DNA from: Candidatus Bathyarchaeia archaeon
GTDB taxonomy: Archaea > Thermoproteota > Bathyarchaeia > Bathyarchaeales > Bathycorpusculaceae
NCBI GenBank assembly: GCA_049521795.1
Contig: JBEKOM010000001.1
Coordinates: 704,001-768,000 of the forward strand
Length of the DNA: 64,000 nucleotides
Reading direction: 5' to 3'
The position numbers were made by a program, and so were the translations under genes. Below, in pieces: positions 27,622 through 37,204 of this stretch. The notes beneath the pieces were generated by a model. It ran no database searches. It saw only the letters and a program-made list of their open reading frames with translations, and was not told the DNA's origin. Every line of letters begins with the position of its first letter. Positions within the stretch are counted from its first letter, which is position 1.

Positions 27622-28449
27622 GTGGGTGCACTTGGAAGGGTTCGTGTAATTGCTGGATACGAGTGGAAGAGAGCGGTAGCCAAGAAGAGTGTCCTCGCTC
27701 TTGTGATTCTGGCCGTGGCAATTCAGACATTGGTAGTTGTCAGCATCTATGAGTTTTCTCGCTCTTCAGGGACAACGTTCTTGGGCAGTAGTAATGACTC
27801 CATGTGGATTTTGGCTGTGCTGGGGGGAGGGGCCGAAGGGGCCTTCTTTGTTCAGCTGATAGCCATCATTATTGCAGGCGGTTCAGTGTCCGATGAATAT
27901 GAACACGGAACTGCTGACATAATACTGTCTAAACCGATCAGTCGAATTGAATACTTGTTCGGGAAGTTTCTCGGCGGGTTCTCCTTGTTAGCCGTGGTTG
28001 AAGCCCTAATAACCTTCGTAGGCGTTGTCCTTTCAATCGGCTTCTTTGGTGCACAGAGCTACCTGCAATTTGCTCCGTTAATGTTCTTGGCGATGGCGTA
28101 TTCTTCCCTCATCTTCTTCTGTCTATCATTCATGTTCAGCGAAGTTTTTAGAAGAACCACTCTAGCAATCCTTCTGGCCTTCGCAATATACATCGCCTCA
28201 TCAGTTATAACCCCCATCTTGGCCCTCTTCTACGGCACAGTCGAACAGGCTACTCCAACGTGGGCGGCCACAAGCTTTCCAGGGCTTCTGATGAGCGAAC
28301 TGATAACCGCCCGAAATACTGTTCTTCCTCCAGTCGACACTGGAACTCTATACGAAGCAGCATTGATCGTCGCAGTTTACGCCATCATCTTCGTCATCAT
28401 CGCAGCGTACAGGCTCCTCAAGTCGGATGTTACAAAGAAAACAGACTAG
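27622..28449 (+). CDS. ABC-2 type exporter permease
   Basis: E.E.GT...ILSKPISR..YL.GKF motif, six TM helices. Confidence 0.9.
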   Translation: MGALGRVRVIAGYEWKRAVAKKSVLALVILAVAIQTLVVVSIYEFSRSSGTTFLGSSNDSMWILAVLGGGAEGAFFVQLIAIIIAGGSVSDEYEHGTADIILSKPISRIEYLFGKFLGGFSLLAVVEALITFVGVVLSIGFFGAQSYLQFAPLMFLAMAYSSLIFFCLSFMFSEVFRRTTLAILLAFAIYIASSVITPILALFYGTVEQATPTWAATSFPGLLMSELITARNTVLPPVDTGTLYEAALIVAVYAIIFVIIAAYRLLKSDVTKKTD

Positions 28450-28569
28450 ACACGATCACGATGTCTGAGCGTCGGGATCGAAAAGCGAGGTTATCATCAG
28501 ATTTCATAGAAGAGTTAAAACTCAAAACCAACCACGTTACGACCCTGAAGTCTTTTTCAGAGTTCTCGA

Positions 28570-29403
28570 CTAGTGGAAAAGCAGCGCGATGAGAGGCGCA
28601 AGACCTAAAGCCACTGGAAAGGGCAGACCAGGAAATATTCCTCTTCTTTCCAGCATCTTGAGGGCCACGAAAGCTCCGATGAGCACGCCTGTGATCGAGA
28701 CAGCACAGAGGACAGGACCTGCGTTGGTCAGAACTAGAGCGGTGAGCATGGAATAAAAGGTCAGGTCGCCCAACCCGATTTGGACATCTCTGAATGACAC
28801 GCTTAGGCCGCGGAGTTGTTCGAGCCCAGACTGAGCTATTTTCCCAACTGGTCCGCGGTAGACGGCGAAAACGTCGTAAGCCGCTAGAAAACTCAGGATC
28901 AAAACTGCGCTCAGGATGGGAATTGACATTCCTAGGAAGGCGCCCAGAGCTCCGCCGAGCAGCAATATTACTAAGCTGTAGACTCTGCCCCGGGCTCGAA
29001 AGATTGCTAGGTCGGCTAGCACGGTGATGGGCACTGATAGGGCTAGAACCAGAACATCGGCGTATGGAACGTTGAAGATCGATAATGCTGCGTAGAGATA
29101 CACCGAGGAAAGCAGGAAGGCTGCGGCTGTGATGGCGAAGCCCGTGATCAGCGTGACCAGCTTGAGGTTCTTTCGTTTCAGGAGCAGGTAAATCAGGGAG
29201 GCGCCGACTCCTGCCAGAATGACAAAGTAGAGTCCGTTGCCTAGTGAGCCTGCGGTGCTCTCTGGAAAAGGCGTGACCGCGATGAGGGAAAAAGGTGCGA
29301 CCAGCACTATTGAGGCGCAGAAGACTCCGACAAGGAGGCTTGCTACTACTGGTAGCAAGTGAATGGGTTCTGCTCTATACTTGTCGTTCAAGGTTCTTGC
29401 CAA
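28570..29403 (-). CDS. Presenilin/signal-peptide-peptidase-like (A22) intramembrane aspartyl protease
   Basis: About 9 TM segments, catalytic YD (LAAYDVFAV), GLGD, and PAL-equivalent PGLP. Confidence 0.85.
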   Translation of the reverse strand: MARTLNDKYRAEPIHLLPVVASLLVGVFCASIVLVAPFSLIAVTPFPESTAGSLGNGLYFVILAGVGASLIYLLLKRKNLKLVTLITGFAITAAAFLLSSVYLYAALSIFNVPYADVLVLALSVPITVLADLAIFRARGRVYSLVILLLGGALGAFLGMSIPILSAVLILSFLAAYDVFAVYRGPVGKIAQSGLEQLRGLSVSFRDVQIGLGDLTFYSMLTALVLTNAGPVLCAVSITGVLIGAFVALKMLERRGIFPGLPFPVALGLAPLIALLFH

Positions 29404-29944
29404 GTCCGGTTATGGCTGCTTCTGCTTTGACTGAGCATCTGCGGCAGAATAAGCTGTGTTTCACGTCTGTTTCGTAGATAGAAGTGGAAAAGTGCATGAC
29501 GCAGAACACGTTGGAACAGTGTTCTAGACCGAAAGTGTGTCCAAGCTCATGAACCGCTTCTTTCACGCTTCTCTCATGAAACAGTTGCTCGTTTGGGAGG
29601 TCTCCGTAGTACTCTGGTCTGAGTCGCCACAGCGAGATCAACGCTGCTTTTCCATTGCAGTCTGCTTGTCCGAAGACGAAGTTCAAGTTCAGAACGAAAA
29701 CGTCAACGTCAGCAACTCCAAGAACTCGGTCGAAGCGACTCTTCTCAGCGTAGCTTCTCACTTTCCCCAGAATAACGTCCGAACGGTGCTGCTCTCTCGT
29801 CTTGTTGAACGCTTTTTCGGGCAATGGAATCTCCCCATCGATTACTGTACATGTTGACTGCGTGAGAATCGTGCTGATGCTCTCTTGAATCCTTTTTGTA
29901 GTGTCAGAATCAACCTGGCCGATGCGCAAGACTCCGATCTTCAT
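29375..29944 (-). CDS. amzA: Archaemetzincin (M54 zinc metalloprotease)
   Basis: NFVFGQA, KEAVHELGHTFGLEHC...CVM.FS, C..C zinc finger. Start moved to ATG 29944 (MKIGVL). Confidence 0.92.
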   Translation of the reverse strand: MKIGVLRIGQVDSDTTKRIQESISTILTQSTCTVIDGEIPLPEKAFNKTREQHRSDVILGKVRSYAEKSRFDRVLGVADVDVFVLNLNFVFGQADCNGKAALISLWRLRPEYYGDLPNEQLFHERSVKEAVHELGHTFGLEHCSNVFCVMHFSTSIYETDVKHSLFCRRCSVKAEAAITGLGKNLERQV

Positions 29945-29958
29945 CTTCCCTGTTCTCT

Positions 29959-31224
29959 CTAGACCTTGAATGTCTCGCCGGTCTTCGGCGCCGTGGCTTC
30001 GAGTCCCAATTCGGTCCGTGCCCATTTTGCCAAGAGTTCACAGTTTCCCTCTGCCCCGTGGACCACGAAGACTCTCGGTTTTCCGCCGAGTCTTTTCAGC
30101 GCTTCTCGAAGCTCGCTTGCTCCGCAATGGGATGAAAAATCAAAGTGCTCAACGCGAGCTTTGATCTTTCTCATCTTGCCGTCGATGACGCATATACGTT
30201 TCTCAAGCAGTTCCTTCCCAGGTGTTCCCGGAATCTGGTAGCTGACCAGAAACACCGCGTTCTCTGACCTCTTGCCGACCTTTGAAGTGTAAAAGACGGC
30301 AGGGCCACCTTTAAGCATGCCAGCGGGCGAAATGATGACGCCGGGCATTCTCGTGGCTTTTCTCCGGTCTCTCCATCCTTCAACCCAGTTGGTCGCGTGT
30401 ATGGCATCAGCAAAGGCTCTCTCGTCTTTCAGAAACTGCGAGTAGTTCATCATCACCCTGCTCACTTCACGAGCCATCCCGTCGATCGTGACTGGGTGTT
30501 CAAAATGATGAGCAGCCAAAACGCAGGCCAGCTCCTGTGACCTGCCGACTCCGAACGCTGGAACCAAGACTACGCCGCCTTTTTCCACGACTTCTGTGCA
30601 CGAATCCACGAATCGTCTTTCCAGCTCCGAGCGTTCAGTGTGGTCTTCGTTCGCGTACGTGCTCTCGATTATCACGGCATCAAGGTCTCCGTAGCTCATT
30701 TTTGCACCTTCAAGCAGTCTGGTGTTCATGATGTTGAAGTCGCCGGTGTAGAGCAGCCTCTTGCCTTCTGCTTCGATGAGCGTCTGCGTGCTCCCAGGGA
30801 TGTGTCCCGCGTTCTTGAACTGGAATGCCATGTCTCCTACTTTCTGTTCGGAGTCAAAGTCCACGTGCTTGCTGTTCTGCATCATCGACTTCAGTTCCAA
30901 GAATTCAAAAGGGAGGTAATAGCTGGACAGGTGGATGAAGTCTGATATCAACAGCTGATTCAGCTCCATGCTCAGCCTGTTCGTGTAGAGCGGTTTCTTT
31001 CCCTGAATGTAAAAAATCGGTATTGCACCCGAATGGTCCAGATGACTGTGGGACAGAATTATCCCATCAACATCCTTCGGCGGTATGTGCCTAGGAAACC
31101 CAGGTTCATGGTCCAACATAGCCCCATAATCAAGCAAAACCTGAGTTTTTTCAGTCTTAACCGTTATTGCTATCCTGCCAACTTCCTGGGTGCCACCCAG
31201 AAATCCAACTTGCAGCTGTCCCAT
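29959..31224 (-). CDS. Metallo-beta-lactamase beta-CASP ribonuclease without KH domains (aCPSF2-like)
   Basis: GG..EVGR, LSHSHLDHSG, AGHIPGS, YTGD, ESTYA, PAFGVGRSQE, FSSH, VHG. Confidence 0.9.
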   Translation of the reverse strand: MGQLQVGFLGGTQEVGRIAITVKTEKTQVLLDYGAMLDHEPGFPRHIPPKDVDGIILSHSHLDHSGAIPIFYIQGKKPLYTNRLSMELNQLLISDFIHLSSYYLPFEFLELKSMMQNSKHVDFDSEQKVGDMAFQFKNAGHIPGSTQTLIEAEGKRLLYTGDFNIMNTRLLEGAKMSYGDLDAVIIESTYANEDHTERSELERRFVDSCTEVVEKGGVVLVPAFGVGRSQELACVLAAHHFEHPVTIDGMAREVSRVMMNYSQFLKDERAFADAIHATNWVEGWRDRRKATRMPGVIISPAGMLKGGPAVFYTSKVGKRSENAVFLVSYQIPGTPGKELLEKRICVIDGKMRKIKARVEHFDFSSHCGASELREALKRLGGKPRVFVVHGAEGNCELLAKWARTELGLEATAPKTGETFKV

Positions 31225-31266
31225 TTCTTTTCAACCGCTGTTTCAGTAAACATGCCCTACGCTGTT

Positions 31267-31872
31267 TTAAAAACGTATTGACTTTCCAGTCGAAAAAGGT
31301 TTCACCAAACCTTTCTTAATAGCCTTAAGAACCTCATCAACATCCAGAGAAGCTTGAATTTCATTACAGACAGTCCACAGTTCATCAACGTTGTGAGCGT
31401 CGCTGCCCGCAACGCCGGGGAGGCCCATTTCTTTAGCCAGGTTTTCAGCCAGCTTATTCGCATGAAGCGATGTGGAGCCGTTCAGAGTCTCAATAGCGTC
31501 GACAGCGTAGAGTTTGGCCGCGCTTCCCAGACCGTACTCTCTGTACGGGTGTGGAACAATGGTCACACCGTTTTTTTCCTCGGCAAAACTGATCACATCA
31601 TTCACGTTCCATGGTTTGGGAGGGGCTTCATCTGTGCCCAAGACTATTAAGTCGCCCAGTGGTGTGCCTATTTCAATCCCTGGAATCACAAGAACGTCTG
31701 AATACGCAGAGGCCAATTCTCTGACCTTATTGTAGCCTTCGACCGTGTTGTGATCAGTTATGGCTATTGCTTTGATTGATTGGTGAGAGTAAAGCTGGTC
31801 TACCAGCGACTTCGGGTTTATTGAGGAATCAAACGAGTATTTTGTGTGTATGTGCAGATCGGCTTGGATCAA
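31267..31872 (-). CDS. PHP domain metal-dependent phosphoesterase
   Basis: DLHIHT.YS.D, AITDHN, IPGIEI, PHP, AGSDAH. Confidence 0.92.
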   Translation of the reverse strand: MIQADLHIHTKYSFDSSINPKSLVDQLYSHQSIKAIAITDHNTVEGYNKVRELASAYSDVLVIPGIEIGTPLGDLIVLGTDEAPPKPWNVNDVISFAEEKNGVTIVPHPYREYGLGSAAKLYAVDAIETLNGSTSLHANKLAENLAKEMGLPGVAGSDAHNVDELWTVCNEIQASLDVDEVLKAIKKGLVKPFSTGKSIRF

Positions 31873-31882
31873 CCTTGTTTCC

Positions 31883-33499
31883 TCAGTTTCTGGGCAGAAT
31901 TTTCTCTAAAAGCGTCAGCAGGGCCTCTTCTTGCTCTTCATCAGTGTTGAAGCATTGAAAACTCGTTTTTCTTTTCAAACAGGCTTTTCTGGACGCTTTC
32001 AGGATCGATCTTCCCCAATTTACAGAATCGTTGAGCAGTATGACCATTTCATAACTGTTGCGTGCGATGTACTCGGCTACTTGGTCTGCAACGTAACGCA
32101 CCGTTTCCGCGTCAGGTGGAAGAACAGTTTCATACTGCGAAAGCGGATAAACCTCGTCGAGCTCTTGTGGAACTACGCCGAATGGAGCAGCGTAGAAGCA
32201 CGCGCGGACCTTGCTTTGCTTCGACCCGAGCCTGTCGGACAGTTGAGTTCCAAGTTTCCTGAAATCTCTGGACTTGTGAAAAGGCTTCATTCTTGTTTGA
32301 GGTACAAGTAAGAGTATGCTTGCGTCAGGACGAGCGTATCTTTCCGCAAGTCTCTTCCTGTGGCGAACAACTTCTGGTCGGGCCAAGTCAACAGAGTCAA
32401 AGAAGAAGAGCCCGCTGCTTTTCACCACAGGATCATTCTTTTCGATGAAATCTTCGTATTTTCCCAGTCTTCTGAGTGCCTGAAGGAGCGATGGGTGTCC
32501 GTGTGCGCGCATCTGAAGATGTTCCCAAAGCCTGCCGTCCTTTATCGCATGCTTCAGGCGCTTCATCTCTGCGGCACAGACGTAGAGGTTGTGTTCCGCA
32601 AGAAACAACTGCCTGCCGGTTGAAGGCATCTCGGATGCTTCTTTCGGGGTTGTTCTCGTGCATCTTGGACACGCGCACGGGAAATATTCCAGCTCACTCA
32701 GCCTTGCCGTACCAGTCTCCGTCATGTAACGATCTTCTTTTGCGAACAATGAGTAGGCTGCGGAGTCGAAGAAGTCGCATCCCAGAGCCACTGCCAATGC
32801 GAACATGAAGGGGTGCCCTGCCCCGAAAAGGTGCAGCGGTCGCTCAGCGGGTAAGTTCATCTTCGCCGCCATTATCATGTCAACCAAAACGTCAAACCTG
32901 TAACGTTCCATAACTTCAGTTGGGCTTCCCAGCGCGTTTATCTCGAACGGCAGCTTTCCCATCGCTTTTGCCGATTTGGCCACGAGGTCCAGGTATTTTC
33001 CTCCTTGAACTGGGCCGACCCAGAGAATGTCGTCTCTGGTTTTCTGTTTGAAAAAGTCCTTTGCACGCTTCAACGTTTCCTTCACAGTCTCGCTTGCATC
33101 TTTTTCCGTTACCTTCCAACCTGTCGGTATATCCAGTATCGTGGCTATGTCTGGCCCAATCATCTCCTGATACTCAACGATCTCTTTCGGAGTTACTTCC
33201 ACGTCTCCGTAGACCAAGATCTGGTACGCCCCAGAATCAGTCATCACTACCCCTTTGAAATCCAGAAAGTCGTGCAAACCGTCTCGTGCAGGCTGGTTCT
33301 GAGAGTGTTTTTTAAGTATGTAAGCGTTGGTTATCAGGGCCTCAAAGCCAAACTCTTCACGGATCTTTCTCGGAGAGACCAGCTGGATTGTCGGGTTTAC
33401 GACAGGAAAAAGCAGGGGAGTCTCGATTGTTCCGCTCTTTGTTCTAAGTCGGCCAATCCTTGCAAGCAAGGCTTTTTCTCTGATTTCAAAGGACATCAT
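31883..33499 (-). CDS. tgtA: Archaeosine tRNA-guanine(15) transglycosylase
   Basis: ARIG....TP..FPVVNP, MTDSGAYQ, LDIPT, HLFGAGHP, FDSAAY, C.C..C and H zinc site, PFG.VP.EL...YP.SQ. Confidence 0.93.
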   Translation of the reverse strand: MMSFEIREKALLARIGRLRTKSGTIETPLLFPVVNPTIQLVSPRKIREEFGFEALITNAYILKKHSQNQPARDGLHDFLDFKGVVMTDSGAYQILVYGDVEVTPKEIVEYQEMIGPDIATILDIPTGWKVTEKDASETVKETLKRAKDFFKQKTRDDILWVGPVQGGKYLDLVAKSAKAMGKLPFEINALGSPTEVMERYRFDVLVDMIMAAKMNLPAERPLHLFGAGHPFMFALAVALGCDFFDSAAYSLFAKEDRYMTETGTARLSELEYFPCACPRCTRTTPKEASEMPSTGRQLFLAEHNLYVCAAEMKRLKHAIKDGRLWEHLQMRAHGHPSLLQALRRLGKYEDFIEKNDPVVKSSGLFFFDSVDLARPEVVRHRKRLAERYARPDASILLLVPQTRMKPFHKSRDFRKLGTQLSDRLGSKQSKVRACFYAAPFGVVPQELDEVYPLSQYETVLPPDAETVRYVADQVAEYIARNSYEMVILLNDSVNWGRSILKASRKACLKRKTSFQCFNTDEEQEEALLTLLEKILPRN

Positions 33500-33581
33500 C
33501 CGACCTTACACAAGACTGACAAGCACACATATAAAAAACATTCACCACATACCATTACCGCTTAGGCTGTGTGGTTTGAGT

Positions 33582-35630
33582 ATGAGTCTCAACAAGGTTG
33601 TCAAGGAAGAGATTTCCGGCAACGTGGCCAAGTCGTTTGTGGCGCAGATCTCGCGTTTCCACAGGATTCAGGCTTCCACCATGTTTCATGAAGCTGCAGA
33701 GTACGTGAAGAGCGAATTGGTGAAGATGGGCTTGAACGATGCCACTATCGAACAGTTTCCCGCTGATGGAAAGAAGAAGTACTGGACCTACACTTCACCA
33801 GTCGGCTGGACGGTCAAAAGCGCGGAACTTCGCCTCATCGAGCCTCAAGAAAAGCTGATAGCAACGTATGAGGATATTCCCCAATGCTTACACACGTGCA
33901 GCAGCGCGACACCGCCTGAAGGGGTCACGGCGGAGCTCGTTGACGTTGGAACAGGAACTAAGCCGGCAGACTACGAAGGAAAAGATGTTAAAGGAAAATT
34001 CGTGCTGGCAACAGGCAGAGCTAGAAGAGTGCATGAGCTAGCCGTCTTCAAGTACGATGCTGCCGGCGTTATCACTGACACGATAACCTTCGAAATGCCA
34101 GACGTCAGAGAGAGCGTCGACGTACCTGACGCGCACGCGTATCAGTCGATCTGGCCAAGCGCAGACGAGCTTCCAAAGGTGAGGTTTGGTTTCTCCCTGA
34201 GTAAACGACAGGGAAATCATCTTAGAGCCCTGCTTAAAGGCGGCAAACCGGTGAGGCTGAAAGCAAACGTGGACGCGCAGCTGTTCCCCAGCAACTTGGA
34301 CGTTGTTACCGCCACAGTTCCCGGCGTTTCAAAACCGGACGAAGAAGTATTCTTGATTGCACACCTGTGCCATCCGAAGCCCAGCGCTAACGACAACGCC
34401 TCCGGCAGCGGCCTACTTCTCGAAGTCGCGAGAACCATCATGGCCTTGATCGCCAAAGGCAAGATTGAAAGGCCAGCTAGGACGATACGTTTCATCTGGG
34501 TTCCTGAGACTTTCGGCTCAATAGCCTATCTTCATGGCCACGAAGACTTGCCGCCGAAGCTGGTTGCTGGAATAAACTTGGACATGGTCGGTCAAGACCA
34601 AGAGTTGTGCAAGTCCACGCTGAACCTTGACCGCACTCCAGACTCTCTGCCTTCGTACCTGAACGATTTCGTTTTCAGCCTCATGGAAGAATCGGTGAAA
34701 GAATTTGATTCATCGTCGGCCTTCGGTTCAACATCCACGTTTCGCTATGCTACGGGTGCTTTCAGCGGCGGAAGCGACCACGCAGAATTCACTGACTCCA
34801 CCATAGGCGTCCCGTGCATCATGCTGCTGCAGTGGCCCGACCTCTTCTACCACACGAGCATGGACACTATCGACAAGGTCAGTCCTGACAGTCTGAAACG
34901 TGTCGGATGGATCGCAACGGTTGCAGCCCTGACACTCGCAAGCGCTGGAGGGGAAGAAGCGTTTCTGTTGGCAACGCAGACCGCCTCAAGAGGCATCGGG
35001 AGAATCGAAGAAGCAGGGCGAGAAGCAGTTGAGACGCTCTTCGAAAAGAAAAGGGATCAGAAGCTCAAAGATAAGCCACAGGAACTGGCTGAGGAACTCG
35101 TGAAAACGGCGCAGCGCTACGAGAACAAGATAGAGCACATTGTGTGGCGCGAGCAGCAAGCGGTCAAATCGGTGACGCGGGTTGGACAATCCCAAGAGTT
35201 GAAAGCGCTTCTAGACGAATACTGCAAGGACCTTGCAGATTTCGGGAAGAAGGAGGCTGCGAGGCTTCTTCAAGCCTTGAACTTCGCTGCCAAAACTTGG
35301 GCTTTGGTGCTTCCGGTCGCAGTTGAAGCAGGGGACACGAAGAATGAGCTGAGGAAACTGGTTCCAAAGAGATTGTTCAAAGGAACGCTGGACTTCGGAG
35401 CCGTGAGAAGAGGCCTAGGCGAAAAAGAGTATGAGTGGTACCTGGAAATCGACGAGAAAGACCGTGAATTCTACAGGAAAGCAGCTGAAATTCTAAACTT
35501 CATGGATGAAAAACGAAGCCTGCACGAAATTTTGAATGCCGTGTCAGCCGAATACGGTGAGACTGATCCAGAAAGCGTGTTGAAGTTTCTGCGAGACTTA
35601 GAAAAGATGAGCCTCGTCGCGTTCCAATAA
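33582..35630 (+). CDS. DUF4910 / M28-family aminopeptidase-like protein with PA domain
   Basis: FHRIQAS, PA domain (ELVDVG.G....DY...DVKGK), AHLCHPKPSANDNASG, WVPE, NLDMVG, GSDH, YHTSMD. Start moved to ATG 33582. Confidence 0.88.
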   Translation: MSLNKVVKEEISGNVAKSFVAQISRFHRIQASTMFHEAAEYVKSELVKMGLNDATIEQFPADGKKKYWTYTSPVGWTVKSAELRLIEPQEKLIATYEDIPQCLHTCSSATPPEGVTAELVDVGTGTKPADYEGKDVKGKFVLATGRARRVHELAVFKYDAAGVITDTITFEMPDVRESVDVPDAHAYQSIWPSADELPKVRFGFSLSKRQGNHLRALLKGGKPVRLKANVDAQLFPSNLDVVTATVPGVSKPDEEVFLIAHLCHPKPSANDNASGSGLLLEVARTIMALIAKGKIERPARTIRFIWVPETFGSIAYLHGHEDLPPKLVAGINLDMVGQDQELCKSTLNLDRTPDSLPSYLNDFVFSLMEESVKEFDSSSAFGSTSTFRYATGAFSGGSDHAEFTDSTIGVPCIMLLQWPDLFYHTSMDTIDKVSPDSLKRVGWIATVAALTLASAGGEEAFLLATQTASRGIGRIEEAGREAVETLFEKKRDQKLKDKPQELAEELVKTAQRYENKIEHIVWREQQAVKSVTRVGQSQELKALLDEYCKDLADFGKKEAARLLQALNFAAKTWALVLPVAVEAGDTKNELRKLVPKRLFKGTLDFGAVRRGLGEKEYEWYLEIDEKDREFYRKAAEILNFMDEKRSLHEILNAVSAEYGETDPESVLKFLRDLEKMSLVAFQ

Positions 35631-35719
35631 TCTCGGGCCGTCTTGCTTCATCAAAACACACTTATACCGTTATTCTTCATTCTACTACGCGTTCAAGTGA
35701 GCACCGAGGGAATGGTCAG

Positions 35720-36472
35720 ATGGTCTGCGTGGTTGAGGTCTTCGAGAAACCGAAGCTTCGAGATCCAGTGTTGATCGAAGCGTTGCCGGGAATAGGTTTC
35801 GTGGCCAACATCGCGGGTCTGCATCTGATCCGTGAGTTAAAGGCTGAACGCTTCGCGGAGATTCATTCTTCGGCGTTTCAAGATCTCGCGGTCACAATTG
35901 AGAACGGCAGGACGCGGTCTCCCTTGAACGAACTTTACTTTTACAAGGGCAAGAACGGTGAGCGTGACATCGTCGTCTGGTACGGCAACACTCAGGCCTT
36001 GACGACCGCGGGGCAGTATGAGCTTTGTGGTCGTGTTCTAGACGTTGCCAAAGAGTTGAACTGCAAGTACGTGATAACTCTGGGCGGGTACAGGCAAGAA
36101 GAAGTCAAGACGCCTCCGCAGATGTACTGTGCAGCATCCGACCATGAAACTCTGGAAGAAGCCCTAGCCCTTGGGACCAAAATAATGGTAGGAGAGATAT
36201 TCGGGATCGCTGGCATCACGGTAGGGTTGGCCAAGCTTCGAGGCGTGAAGAGCTTCTCGCTTCTCGTGGACACCTTGGGCACACATCCGGATGTGAATGC
36301 CACGCGCACCTTGCTGACAGCCCTTAACAAGTTTTTGAGCATGAACATCGACCTCTCAAGGCTGGACGCGGCTGCAGAAGAGACTAAGAAGATACTAGAA
36401 TCCTTCGGCCTGATCAGAAATGTTGGAGAAGAAAAGAAGAGAGAGGAACAGCGGTTCCGCTGGTTTATCTAG
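35720..36472 (+). CDS. PAC2 family proteasome assembly chaperone-like protein
   Basis: P.L..PVLIE.LPGIG.VA, ITLGGY, G.I.G..G, PD..A. Confidence 0.88.
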   Translation: MVCVVEVFEKPKLRDPVLIEALPGIGFVANIAGLHLIRELKAERFAEIHSSAFQDLAVTIENGRTRSPLNELYFYKGKNGERDIVVWYGNTQALTTAGQYELCGRVLDVAKELNCKYVITLGGYRQEEVKTPPQMYCAASDHETLEEALALGTKIMVGEIFGIAGITVGLAKLRGVKSFSLLVDTLGTHPDVNATRTLLTALNKFLSMNIDLSRLDAAAEETKKILESFGLIRNVGEEKKREEQRFRWFI

Positions 36473-36897
36473 CTCTTGCCCTTAGCTTCACCCATGAACT
36501 GCTCGTAGACCTTCTGCACACGCTCAGCAGCCGGACCTGAACCTTCCACAACGCCTTTCTCAGTTATCTTAACCTTGTCCATAACCCAGATGAAACCCTT
36601 GTCTTCGTAAAGCCTAACCATCGTTGGAAACACTTTTTCAAGGCGATCGGCCAGCGCCTTCATGTCAAAAGGCTTTTCAACAGTCAGTATCTGAGACACG
36701 GTGTTCCCGTTTACAAAAACTCTGTGAAGAATCTTTCCTTCTTCATCCTTTGCCTCTGAAAGGCACAGGCTCAACGTATCTGGGTTGATGCCGATCAAAT
36801 TGCCGCTGAACTTCTTTCCACTCGCAGTCACAACTATCACGTTCTTGTCTGCCAACGCTGACACTTCAGTGAAAAATTTTCTCTGCGCCACTGACAA
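36469..36897 (-). CDS. Sm-like archaeal protein with C-terminal domain (SmAP3/Lsm)
   Basis: Sm fold (V.V....GK.FSG.L.GI....L.L.L..A...RVFVNG..V..I) plus C-terminal LE..FP..V......I.VMD...ITE.GV.EG.GP.AERV. TTG 36897 follows a GGTGG RBS; the upstream part of the 256-aa ORF is probably non-coding. Confidence 0.85.
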   Translation of the reverse strand: MSVAQRKFFTEVSALADKNVIVVTASGKKFSGNLIGINPDTLSLCLSEAKDEEGKILHRVFVNGNTVSQILTVEKPFDMKALADRLEKVFPTMVRLYEDKGFIWVMDKVKITEKGVVEGSGPAAERVQKVYEQFMGEAKGKS

Positions 36898-36997
36898 TTC
36901 TGAACATCCACCTTGCCAAGATGAATCTGTGAAAGGTCTATTTAAGATATATAGAACTCGACTTGCAATGCAGCTTTTCCCGATCTCTTCTTGCAAG

Positions 36998-37125
36998 CCA
37001 CTACCCTTGCCGAGACTCTCTGAGAAGTGTTTCTCACGCGCCTTGCTTCTGACCCGCGCCAAGTCAGGAGGGCCCTGCGCAACGCCTGTGTGCAGTACCA
37101 GTACCTTAGGGGGGAGGGGGAGTGG
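36998..37125 (+). ncRNA. Candidate structured RNA (closing helix enclosing three hairpins)
   Basis: 36998-37008 pairs with 37115-37125 (10 of 11). Hairpins 37021-37036, 37046-37070 and 37075-37095, with G-U pairs that work only on the + strand. Paired by eye only. Confidence 0.25.
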
Positions 37126-37204
37126 AGTAGACGAGGTCAAAACGTGAATACAGGGATGTAGCGTTTCTAACTCTGGGCAGAACGTGAAAAGATCCGTGCA
37201 GTGC

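Noticed and set aside
33327-33581. N-terminal extension of the DUF4910 peptidase overlapping tgtA
   Set aside because: It overlaps a divergent gene and its promoter region. The true start is most likely 33582.
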